From an uncultured Alphaproteobacteria bacterium (GTDB taxonomy: Bacteria > Pseudomonadota > Alphaproteobacteria > Methylaequorales > Methylaequoraceae), in the NCBI GenBank assembly GCA_902540805.1, contig CACBON010000005.1:12476-76475 (forward strand): a DNA stretch of 64,000 bases, in the 5' to 3' direction. Positions 10,082 to 17,941 of the stretch are shown in pieces. Position numbers and translations under genes: made by a program. The notes under the pieces are model-generated. The model was not told where the DNA came from and did not search any database. It worked only from the letters and a program-made list of their open reading frames with translations. The first letter of the stretch is position 1. Every line of letters starts with the position of its first letter.

Positions 10082-10555
10082 TTATTTCATCATGGCCCAT
10101 TGGCCACTTTTTTCTCTACACGCAGCTCCAAAAGTATTTGAAGATTGATCGTCAACAACGTAAATATTTTCAATTAATCGACACTCTGGAGAACCATAAT
10201 ATCCTTTAATTTTAACAACTCCTTTATTACCGCTTTTAGGATTTCGCCAATACCCAGAATTTACATATGCGTTATTGTCATTAATTTCTAAAACTCTTAA
10301 TGTTTCTTTTTTAAAAAAATAATAATCATCTTGATTAATAAACTCTGTTAAAGTGGCTCCAAATACTGCACCTAAAGTTGATCCGATTGTAGTAGCAAAT
10401 AGATCTCCATCTCCTAATTGATATCCAAAGTAACCTCCAACTGCAGTAGATGTAGTTTTCATAAATGTACTTTTATCAAAATCTCCGTTTGATGAACATG
10501 AAATTAGAAAAGAACTGATAATTATAACTTTGATAAGTTTAAACTTATTCCTCAA
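10082..10555 (-). CDS. lipoprotein with glycine-zipper segment and surface-antigen-like C-terminal domain
   Basis: It has a lipobox (FLISC), a glycine zipper (GGYFGYQLGDGDLFATTIGSTLGAVFGA), and a Cys-containing C-terminus (CRLIE...AACREKSGQW) like 17-kDa surface-antigen-type proteins. Confidence 0.55.
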   Translation of the reverse strand: MRNKFKLIKVIIISSFLISCSSNGDFDKSTFMKTTSTAVGGYFGYQLGDGDLFATTIGSTLGAVFGATLTEFINQDDYYFFKKETLRVLEINDNNAYVNSGYWRNPKSGNKGVVKIKGYYGSPECRLIENIYVVDDQSSNTFGAACREKSGQWAMMK

Positions 10556-11018
10556 AATATCTCTCCATTACAATTTTTCTATTATTTGAGTTAACAATGG
10601 ATTTTGAAAAATTATTATTATTTCTTAATTCTATCATTCTAGAAGAATATTTTTTTTCAATAAGGGTTTTCTCTAAATTGTTAAGATAATTTAATTTATC
10701 TACTTTTTGATTAACTGATATTATATTGGCATTGTGTTTGTCTAAAAGAAAGTTTTTCTTGTATGCGAGTTTTGACAAATTTTCTATAGAATCTGGAGTT
10801 AAACCCAAAGGATCCAAGAAGTTACTATCGTGAAGGCTCTTTAGTACATATCCAATTGAACCAGCTAATGTAGCATACTGTAAAGAGTAACTTAAACTTC
10901 TAGTTTTAGGATTTTCAATACCTGATGCCCCCTCACTACCGAAAACTTCACTAAAAGCATTACTTTTAAGTTGAGAGCAAAATGAAACTGTAAATAGGAA
11001 TAATATTAATTTAACCAT
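10545..11018 (-). CDS. hypothetical exported protein
   Basis: It has an N-terminal signal peptide (MVKLILFLFTVSFCSQLKSNA). Its stop overlaps the start of the downstream lipoprotein gene by 11 nt. I recognise no domain. Confidence 0.45.
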   Translation of the reverse strand: MVKLILFLFTVSFCSQLKSNAFSEVFGSEGASGIENPKTRSLSYSLQYATLAGSIGYVLKSLHDSNFLDPLGLTPDSIENLSKLAYKKNFLLDKHNANIISVNQKVDKLNYLNNLEKTLIEKKYSSRMIELRNNNNFSKSIVNSNNRKIVMERYFEE

Positions 11019-11057
11019 TTTAATATAAAAACGACTTTCTGCAAATTTGTTTAGTTT

Positions 11058-11357
11058 TTAAAATTTTTCAATTTCTTCTATCAAAAGTAATTTTTGTTGA
11101 ATTGGTAATTCACGAAAATAAGTAGGCGAAACTTTTCTTTTTTTACTTTCATGAAATTTATCAAACACTTCTTCTTTTAAAGCGAAATTATTTGAATATT
11201 CTACTGAATTATCGAAACGTTGGTCTAAAATAAGACCTGCACCAATTCCCATAAGAGAAATTTCAAAAAGATTGAATGATTCAACTCTCTCTGAATTGAG
11301 CGAAATTAAAAGAAAAAGAAATAACAATAACCTTTGTGAACTCAACATAATTTTCAA
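11058..11357 (-). CDS. hypothetical small exported/membrane protein
   Basis: It has a signal/anchor sequence (LLLFLFLLISLNS) and a second hydrophobic segment. I recognise no domain. Confidence 0.4.
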   Translation of the reverse strand: MKIMLSSQRLLLFLFLLISLNSERVESFNLFEISLMGIGAGLILDQRFDNSVEYSNNFALKEEVFDKFHESKKRKVSPTYFRELPIQQKLLLIEEIEKF

Positions 11358-11405
11358 TATTTATAAGTTCATTATCTATAAATTTTAGTTTTTTACAACA
11401 ATTAT

Positions 11406-12437
11406 TCATTGAGCATATTGCCACCCAATTATAAACCTGAAAGTTTCTTGCATCTGTATTCCTCTTAAATTTTGATAGATTGGAAAAGTTCCTTCTATTC
11501 CTATTCTATGATTTTTAAAAATTTTACTTGGGTTTACAAAATTGACTCCAAATCCTAAATTTATTTTATTGTGTCCTTTATTGTATGAATCCATTGCTGG
11601 GCTCATTCTTGGGTTCATTTCATTGTCTGAACCATTCATTTTTTTTTGGTAATTATAGCTAATCTTTATTGAAGAACTAACAATGTCAATCCAGCGATAA
11701 GACGACCATATGTTTAATTCAAAGACATCACCATATTTATAATTCTTAGAATTATTTCCCGATAATGCTTTTTTATAGAGCAGTTGTTCTCCTATTTTTA
11801 ATTTTCCAAATTTGTTAATATTATTCAAAAAAAATAATACATCATAGGTACCAGTACCATTTTGCATAGAATAACCTAACCTCGAATTAGAAGAAGCTGG
11901 CGTTATATCTCTTTGATCAATGCTTCCAGTAGGAAGACTAAATCCGGTTCCAATGTGAGTTTTAGTAAGATCATTGTTAAATATATTGATCAGCGTAGAA
12001 ATTCTAGTATCACCAAAACCAGAGGAATTAACATTAAAACGTGAACCACCAGCCATTGGCATCCTTTGTTGAGTCATTTCTTTTTCTTGATAACTTGTCA
12101 TTATCATAAAAGTTAAATTGTCTGACGGAGCATACATCCCGCCAAACATATGCATATTCATTTTCATTGATATTGGAGCATTCATATAATTACCTAAATT
12201 ATTTGATGCACCGTTTGGTGATGACATCACTGAATTTGTATTTATTTTTTTTGTTCCGTTTCCAACATTATTCATGTTCATTTGACCAAAACGGTAAGAA
12301 AACATTAATTCATCTTTTTTATGCATATGGTCTCCCATAATTGATATTGGTCCATGGCTATCAGCCAACTGTATTTCATCTGCATTAATAAAAAATGAGA
12401 TTGTAACTAATATAGTTAAAACAAAGAAATTAAACAT
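11406..12437 (-). CDS. putative outer-membrane beta-barrel 'transporter' family protein (function unknown)
   Basis: It has a signal peptide, then the His-rich block DSHGPISIMGDHMHKKDELMFSYRFGQMNM. Alternating beta-strand patterns follow, with the conserved LPTGSID and YDV blocks seen in widespread uncharacterised OMPs annotated as 'transporter'. Confidence 0.6.
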   Translation of the reverse strand: MFNFFVLTILVTISFFINADEIQLADSHGPISIMGDHMHKKDELMFSYRFGQMNMNNVGNGTKKINTNSVMSSPNGASNNLGNYMNAPISMKMNMHMFGGMYAPSDNLTFMIMTSYQEKEMTQQRMPMAGGSRFNVNSSGFGDTRISTLINIFNNDLTKTHIGTGFSLPTGSIDQRDITPASSNSRLGYSMQNGTGTYDVLFFLNNINKFGKLKIGEQLLYKKALSGNNSKNYKYGDVFELNIWSSYRWIDIVSSSIKISYNYQKKMNGSDNEMNPRMSPAMDSYNKGHNKINLGFGVNFVNPSKIFKNHRIGIEGTFPIYQNLRGIQMQETFRFIIGWQYAQ

Positions 12438-12478
12438 TATTTATCCTTTCAAGAAATTAGTAAGAAAAATTAAGAAAG

Positions 12479-12784
12479 TTAAATAATTGGCGGTGAGTTA
12501 GCCTTTTCTTCAATATATTTAGTTTTAGTAAGGAAAATTTTATGATTGTTAATTTGAGATTTATTTAAGAAATATTTTCTAGAATCTACAACATGAATTA
12601 ATTGATCTCTATCACATAAACAATTGTTTTCACATTTCTCATCAATATCGTCTTTTTCAGAGGAACAAATATTATCTTGACCTAAAATATAAGAGTTTAC
12701 ATTGAAACTGGAGAAAGTAAATAATATGAAAAATAGAATGATTAAAGATCTAAATATTTTAGAGAAAAGATTAATAGAAGTCAT
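12479..12784 (-). CDS. hypothetical membrane-anchored Cys-rich small protein
   Basis: It has an N-terminal TM/signal anchor and an acidic Cys cluster (CSSEKDDIDEKCENNCLC). Confidence 0.4.
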   Translation of the reverse strand: MTSINLFSKIFRSLIILFFILFTFSSFNVNSYILGQDNICSSEKDDIDEKCENNCLCDRDQLIHVVDSRKYFLNKSQINNHKIFLTKTKYIEEKANSPPII

Positions 12785-12832
12785 TTTTGCTACAATTTTA
12801 TTTACGATATTCTTTCATAAACAAAAAATCAA

Positions 12833-13555
12833 TTATATTTTGAAATGAATTTTGGAATTTCTTTTTTTCTCAAAAAAATAAGTCCAACCATATATCGAAA
12901 CTAATCTATAATGATTTTTAATAAAATACTTATAAATATTATTTTTGAGTGGTGGGCAGCTCTCGTCATGTATCTCAATTGAAACTAAATTTGGATTATA
13001 TTTTCTTATATTAAAACCTTTCAGAACGTTCATTTCATAACCCTCAACATCTATGTTCAGGTAGTGAATTGTTGTAATTCTATTCTCACTAAGAATCTGG
13101 TTTAAAGTTGTTTGTTGTATTTTTTTAATTAATGGCTCTTTATTGACACTCTTGGAAGTATATTTTTTAAATTTCTCATCAACAGTGTTCATTGTACAAT
13201 TTTCATAAAAAATATATGAATTTACTTTTTTTTCGTTTGAACCAATAGAAATGTTTAAATTAAAATCATTCTTCCTAAAAAACTTGTATAAATCTATGCA
13301 TCTCTCTGAGATATCAAAATTCATCCCTTTCCATCCTTTTTTATATAATAAGAATGTCAACGAATTAATTTTGGGTTGATTGCAACCTATATCTATGTAA
13401 AACCCTTTATTTAGATCGGAAAAGTAATTATAAACGAAAAGATCTTCTCCAAAACAATCTGAAAATGATTTAATAGGTTTATGTAACCAATTTTGAATTA
13501 CGTTGTAAAAAAACGTACTTTTCAATTTTTTTCTCAATATTTTGAAGTAACTCAT
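12833..13555 (-). CDS. FkbM-family SAM-dependent methyltransferase
   Basis: It has FYIDIGCNQP (SAM motif I) and IHYLNIDVEGYEMNVLKG, the FkbM signature. Confidence 0.8.
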   Translation of the reverse strand: MSYFKILRKKLKSTFFYNVIQNWLHKPIKSFSDCFGEDLFVYNYFSDLNKGFYIDIGCNQPKINSLTFLLYKKGWKGMNFDISERCIDLYKFFRKNDFNLNISIGSNEKKVNSYIFYENCTMNTVDEKFKKYTSKSVNKEPLIKKIQQTTLNQILSENRITTIHYLNIDVEGYEMNVLKGFNIRKYNPNLVSIEIHDESCPPLKNNIYKYFIKNHYRLVSIYGWTYFFEKKRNSKIHFKI

Positions 13556-13679
13556 ATATTTTAAATTAGCAATTTAAAATTTTTGATAATTTAATTTTAA
13601 AATAATTTAAAGATTATTATAGTAAAGTACAACCTAATAACTATGAATAATTTAAATTATTAAATAAAAAAGATTTATA

Positions 13680-13934
13680 GTGAAAAAGTTTATTGTCCAT
13701 TTTGAAATTTTTTTTGAGAAACATTGCAATGCTATTCCAGGCAGTATGGAAGTAAAACTAGGTGAAAAAATGTCAGATAAAGAGGGTAATATTTACAAAG
13801 TAAAAAATGAAGATGATGCAATAAAGTATATTAATGACTTCTATTATCACAATGCAGAGAGTGATATGGTAAGACTACCAAAAGATTTTGATGGTGATAC
13901 TCATTTAGATGTAATTAAGGTAATTAAAAAATAA
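13680..13934 (+). CDS. hypothetical protein
   Basis: This is a GTG-start ORF of 84 aa with no recognisable domain. Coding status is uncertain. Confidence 0.3.
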   Translation: MKKFIVHFEIFFEKHCNAIPGSMEVKLGEKMSDKEGNIYKVKNEDDAIKYINDFYYHNAESDMVRLPKDFDGDTHLDVIKVIKK

Positions 13935-14188
13935 TTATGTTGTTTAGATTCATAATGATTGGGACATTTATCTCATTAATAATTTTAATGATGTAACGTC
14001 TGTTTTAAAACACATATAAAATAGTCTCTTTTTTTTTGGTATGCAATCTCTAAAAATCATAAGTAATTTAATACCAATTTATGATAGTTAATAGAATATT
14101 TTGTTTTATATATTTTACTGTCTAATAATGTATTTTACTTTTTATTTGTGATGAGGATTACGAAAACCCCTACTCTCTCTAGGTTTTA

Positions 14189-14265
14189 TGGTAGCGGAGG
14201 AGGGACTTGAACCCCCGACACGCGGATTATGATTCCGCTGCTCTAACCACCTGAGCTACTCCGCC
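14189..14265 (-). tRNA. tRNA with CAU anticodon (elongator Met or lysidine-modified Ile2; not initiator), CCA encoded
   Basis: I folded a 77-nt cloverleaf by hand from GGCGGAG-TA-GCTC-AGGTGGTTA-GAGC-A-GCGGA-ATCATAA-TCCGC-GTGTC-GGGGG-TTCAAGT-CCCTC-CTCCGCT-A-CCA. It has a G1-U72 wobble, and the anticodon stem lacks the 3 G-C pairs of initiators. Confidence 0.9.
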
Positions 14266-14389
14266 ATTTTAAGATAACAAAACATATAACTTTGAGGTTA
14301 GAATGATTAATCTTTATAGATGAATTTACTGAAAAAAAAGTAAGTTTCAAGTAGTAGATGAAATTCTATTTATATTTGAATAAGGATTT

Positions 14390-14426
14390 AAAAATGATGA
14401 CACGCACTAAATAGTTAGTGCGTGTC
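14390..14426 (-). terminator. rho-independent terminator after the PQQ-dehydrogenase gene
   Basis: GACACGCACTAA (14399-14410), ATAG and TTAGTGCGTGTC (14415-14426) form a perfect 12-bp stem. On the minus strand it is followed by TCATCATTTTT. It starts 11 nt after the stop. Confidence 0.65.
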
Positions 14427-14436
14427 TATCATAACA

Positions 14437-15741
14437 TTACTTAGCTGTAGCAGTGATTTTGTAGATTTCTCCTTCATCTACTGCAGCATAAAGAGCGTTA
14501 TCAGGACCTAATCTTAGACCTCTGAATCTCTTTGTTAGACCTGTTGGCATGTGAATTACACTCTTAATTGATTGGCCATCTTTGGCAATATCAACTACGT
14601 CAATTCTCATACCTGAAGGTGTTCCACCGAAACCAATACCCATGATTCCAACAGCCATTCTACCTTCCCAATAACCCCAGTTTTTGCCTTTTAAGAATGC
14701 GGCAGAACCGGTTCCTTGAGATAGACCATTGTTATTCCATGCAGGCGGCATTAGATCACTGAAACGTGTGTCACTCATTGGCATGAACTGAGCACGTTTT
14801 GCAGGAAGCATACCTTCTTTTTGATTTGGCATATATCCACAATATTTATCTGGACAATCACCACGACCACCTACGTTTGGACGCGGATCCCAACCACCGT
14901 TACCACCATTGACTAAGGCAGTAATTTCGTCGTTTTGCCATGGTCCGTGTTCTGCAGTGAATGCTCTTCCATCGCTTGGACGGAAATCTATACCTTGAAC
15001 GTTTCTATGACCATAAGTATACATACGCTTATCAAAACCTCTTGGAGGTTTATTACCTGGGTGTGCTTTACCATCAGTATCAATTCTTAATACGTTACCA
15101 CCTAATAGTTTTGGTGATTGTGGTACAACACCTCTGTGACGATCACCAGTTGTAGCCCAAAGATATCCATCAGGACCAAAACGTAATCTGTTTCCATTAT
15201 GAGCACCTGGACCACCAAATGGATGGTTAGACTCAAATGGTTTGTATTGAATATCTTTTACAATATCAACTCGGTTTGAAACACTTTTAAAGTCCTTACT
15301 AACTTCCATTCTCATGATGATGTTTCCATCACATTTTTCGTCGTTAGTTTTACAACCGTTACCGTGATATTTATCAGATGTAGATGCTACATAAATCCTT
15401 CTATTTTTGTTAAAATTAGGATCCAGAGCAACACCCATCATACCAGCTTGGCCAGAACAGAAAAGATCGTTAAAAGTACTTGCGTAACCTTTTGAGCCTT
15501 TCATACCGGCAAGAGCGTGGACTGAACCTGAACTAGTTTTTACAGATAAACCTTTACACTTCTCTGTAACAAACATGTCGCCACCTTTAGTGAATGCCAT
15601 ATCCCATGGATTTTCTAATCCATTCATGATAGACATAGCACTAATATCCGGGGTATTCATAGTATCAGCATGACTGGGTGCAGCCATAAAAGATGCTGTT
15701 GCAATAGCCACTGCTGATAAAAGTTTAGATTTTTTAATCAT
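14437..15741 (-). CDS. periplasmic PQQ-dependent sugar (glucose/sorbosone-type) dehydrogenase, beta-propeller
   Basis: It has a signal peptide and GSDH-family blocks (NPWDMAF, HNGNRLRFGPDGYLW, GGNVLRID, YGHRNVQG). Confidence 0.85.
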   Translation of the reverse strand: MIKKSKLLSAVAIATASFMAAPSHADTMNTPDISAMSIMNGLENPWDMAFTKGGDMFVTEKCKGLSVKTSSGSVHALAGMKGSKGYASTFNDLFCSGQAGMMGVALDPNFNKNRRIYVASTSDKYHGNGCKTNDEKCDGNIIMRMEVSKDFKSVSNRVDIVKDIQYKPFESNHPFGGPGAHNGNRLRFGPDGYLWATTGDRHRGVVPQSPKLLGGNVLRIDTDGKAHPGNKPPRGFDKRMYTYGHRNVQGIDFRPSDGRAFTAEHGPWQNDEITALVNGGNGGWDPRPNVGGRGDCPDKYCGYMPNQKEGMLPAKRAQFMPMSDTRFSDLMPPAWNNNGLSQGTGSAAFLKGKNWGYWEGRMAVGIMGIGFGGTPSGMRIDVVDIAKDGQSIKSVIHMPTGLTKRFRGLRLGPDNALYAAVDEGEIYKITATAK

Positions 15742-15776
15742 TAAATAATCTCCCTTTATTATTAATGTTAATGTTA

Positions 15777-16088
15777 TTATTTTTGCGCATTTAAATACGC
15801 GGCCAAATTCGCAATTTCAGCATCTGACAACGGCATTGCCATCATAATCATAAGATCTGAATTTGGGCCTATTTTTGTTCCAGCTCTGTATGTTTTAAGT
15901 CTGTCAATGAGGTAAGGTATCTCTTTACCCTTAATCTTAGGATAACTAGCAAGTCCCATACCTCCAGGACCATGACAATTTCCACAATTTTGGGCATATC
16001 TAGCTTCACCAGCATCGATATCACCACTCAAAGCGGGCTTAGAAACAAATAAGCAAAGGCTTACAATTCCTAATAAAAGGCCTTTCAT
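15777..16088 (-). CDS. class I c-type cytochrome (mono-haem, exported)
   Basis: It has a CGNCHG haem motif, a signal peptide and a distal Met region. The start is ATG 16088, preceded by the SD GGAGGAAG. The track's TTG start at 16103 lies within or upstream of the SD. Confidence 0.85.
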   Translation of the reverse strand: MKGLLLGIVSLCLFVSKPALSGDIDAGEARYAQNCGNCHGPGGMGLASYPKIKGKEIPYLIDRLKTYRAGTKIGPNSDLMIMMAMPLSDAEIANLAAYLNAQK

Positions 16089-16136
16089 AATCTTCCTCCA
16101 CAAAGACTATTAATTATATTAAATTAATTTAGTCAA

Positions 16137-16150
16137 TTGCATAAATGCAA
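16137..16150. promoter_or_regulatory. dyad TTGCAT-AA-ATGCAA upstream of the cytochrome c/PQQ-dehydrogenase pair (candidate operator)
   Basis: Read from the sequence. It lies 49-62 nt upstream of ATG 16088. Its function is not established. Confidence 0.3.
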
Positions 16151-16185
16151 AATCGCAAATATAAATATAATATAGGGTTGTTAGA

Positions 16186-16203
16186 ATTTGGTTGCAACCA
16201 AAT
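16186..16203. repeat. 18-bp perfect palindrome ATTTGGTTGCAACCAAAT (operator or bidirectional hairpin)
   Basis: I verified the reverse-complement identity by hand. It lies between the mnmA 3' end and the cytochrome c promoter region. Confidence 0.9.
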
Positions 16204-16264
16204 AAATCTTAATAAATTATTGACAAAATTTTGTTATCTATTATGACACTTAAATATTTGAATA

Positions 16265-17419
16265 TTATTTTAACTCACTTGCTGAAATCCATCCTCCGCC
16301 AAGCATTTTTTTGAAATTATTGTAAAAAACACACGCTTGACCGGGAGCAACTCCAAATTCAGGTTCATCTAGTTGTACAACTCCATTATTGAGATTTTTT
16401 TTATCTAACTCAACTTTTGCTGATATTAGTCTCTGTCCAGATCTAATCTTAATTAATGCGTCAAATTCCAGATCATATATGTTTTTTGTGAAAAAATTTA
16501 GATCTTTAACAAATATAGAGTATTTTTTTAATTTACTTTTTGGACCTACAACTATCTCATTTTTGCTCTTGTCAATTTTTAACACATACATAGGATGCTG
16601 ATCTTTAATACCCTTGATGCCCCCTATTCCTATGCCTTTTCTCTGACCAATAGTGTAATTGATTATACCGTTATGGGTTCCCACGATATCACCATTTATA
16701 TTTACAATATTTCCGGCTATATTAGATTTAGTATCTTTTTCTTTCACAAATTTTCTATAATTCCCATCAGGAATAAAACAAATATCCTGACTATCGGGTT
16801 TTTCAGCATTAGAGAGTCCCAGATTTAACGCTAATTCTCGAATATAAGATTTAGTAAAATTTCCAAGTGGAAATCTCAATGTTTTTAATTGATCCTGTGT
16901 TGTGGCAAATAAAAAATAACTCTGATCCTTTAAACCATCATCAGCCTGATAAAGATTTATATCATCACCATTCTCAATTCTCTTCACATAATGACCTGTG
17001 GCTAATATTGAACTTTTTAATAATTTTGTAAATTCAATAAGATCGGTAAACTTAACCGTTTGATTACATAAAATACAAGGTATAGGTGTTTGACCATCAA
17101 TGTAACTGTTCACAAATTTGTCAATTACAGATTCTTTAAACTTTTCTTTGTAGTCAATTATATAGTGTTTTATGTTTAATTTTTTTGCTACATTTTTTGC
17201 ATCTGCTATATCTATACCTGAGCAACAAGTTTTGGATTTTTTTTTGTTTGCTGCCTCATATAATTTCATCGTAACCCCAATTACTTCGTATCCAATATTT
17301 TTAAGCAGTGCTGCGGTCACAGAGGAATCAACACCACCAGACATTGCAACAGTTATCCTACTACCGATTGCTGGTAAGTTATTTTCTTTAATAAATTTTT
17401 CTTTATCAATCTCTTTCAT
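16265..17419 (-). CDS. mnmA: tRNA-specific 2-thiouridylase
   Basis: It has the PP-loop VAMSGGVDSS and the CCSGID and DSQDICF blocks. The start is ATG 17419 (MKEIDKEKF), which overlaps the iscX stop by 14 nt. The track's longer start runs deep into iscX. Confidence 0.92.
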   Translation of the reverse strand: MKEIDKEKFIKENNLPAIGSRITVAMSGGVDSSVTAALLKNIGYEVIGVTMKLYEAANKKKSKTCCSGIDIADAKNVAKKLNIKHYIIDYKEKFKESVIDKFVNSYIDGQTPIPCILCNQTVKFTDLIEFTKLLKSSILATGHYVKRIENGDDINLYQADDGLKDQSYFLFATTQDQLKTLRFPLGNFTKSYIRELALNLGLSNAEKPDSQDICFIPDGNYRKFVKEKDTKSNIAGNIVNINGDIVGTHNGIINYTIGQRKGIGIGGIKGIKDQHPMYVLKIDKSKNEIVVGPKSKLKKYSIFVKDLNFFTKNIYDLEFDALIKIRSGQRLISAKVELDKKNLNNGVVQLDEPEFGVAPGQACVFYNNFKKMLGGGWISASELK

Positions 17420-17606
17420 CAATCCACGCCATTTGTATTGCCTCAAGTATTTTTTCATTTGAGGCTTCGGGGTCATCTTCAAAATCTTCAAGCTCCAATA
17501 TCCATTTATGAAGATCTGTAAACCTAAGATTCACATTATCTTTATCAGGATATTTTTCCTCAAGAAGAATTGCTATATCAATTGTATCTGACCATTTTAA
17601 CTTCAT
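17406..17606 (-). CDS. iscX: Fe-S assembly protein IscX (YfhJ)
   Basis: MKLKWSDT...RFTDLHKWILELEDFEDDPEASNEKILEAIQMAWIDE aligns almost position-for-position with E. coli IscX. Confidence 0.85.
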   Translation of the reverse strand: MKLKWSDTIDIAILLEEKYPDKDNVNLRFTDLHKWILELEDFEDDPEASNEKILEAIQMAWIDERD

Positions 17607-17938
17607 TATTCTACATTCATATTTCTTGTGCCAGATGGAATCGTTACTTTCATGCCATCTAGCTTTTCATCAACTATTATTTGACAACCTAATCGCGAAG
17701 TATGGGTTAAGCCGAATGCTAAATCCAACATATCTTCTTCCTCTTCACTTGGTTCAGGAAGGCTATCAAAAAAACTCTTTTCAACTACAATATGACAAGT
17801 TGAACAAGCAAGTGAACCTTCACAAGCACCCTCTAAGTCGATCCCATTATTATGAGCAACTTCAAGAAGAGACAAGCCATGCTCTGCTTCAACTACTTTT
17901 TCTTTTCCATCAGGTTCTATAAAAGTTATTTTTGCCAT
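17606..17938 (-). CDS. fdx: [2Fe-2S] ferredoxin, ISC/adrenodoxin type
   Basis: It has the [11 protein letters not shown]...C cluster ligands and sits in the isc operon. Confidence 0.92.
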   Translation of the reverse strand: MAKITFIEPDGKEKVVEAEHGLSLLEVAHNNGIDLEGACEGSLACSTCHIVVEKSFFDSLPEPSEEEEDMLDLAFGLTHTSRLGCQIIVDEKLDGMKVTIPSGTRNMNVE

Positions 17939-17941
17939 AAT

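Noticed and set aside
8091-14265. A possible tRNA-associated genomic island covering the hypothetical, glycosyltransferase and methyltransferase genes next to tRNA(CAU).
   Set aside because: I saw no integrase, recombinase, transposase or phage gene. I could not find a direct repeat of the tRNA 3' end (TGGTAGCGGAGGAGGGACTTGAACC) by eye anywhere in 8-14 kb. Without comparative genomes, island status is unsupported.
14437-16088. Horizontal acquisition of the PQQ-dehydrogenase/cytochrome c pair, suggested by visibly higher G+C. I hand-counted 29 of 60 in one line, against 11 of 60 in a line of the yhdP-like gene.
   Set aside because: Other conserved enzymes in the window (aldehyde dehydrogenase, fhs at about 25 of 60 in one line, iscS) are similarly G+C-enriched. 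The shift tracks the Gly/Pro/Ala-rich, conserved protein sequence rather than foreign origin.
16146-16247. A 33-codon ORF (MQNRKYKYNIGLLEFGCNQINLNKLLTKFCYLL) in the mnmA/cytochrome c spacer.
   Set aside because: It has no SD and spans the 18-bp palindrome. Its composition is typical of random AT-rich sequence, so it is more likely non-coding regulatory DNA.
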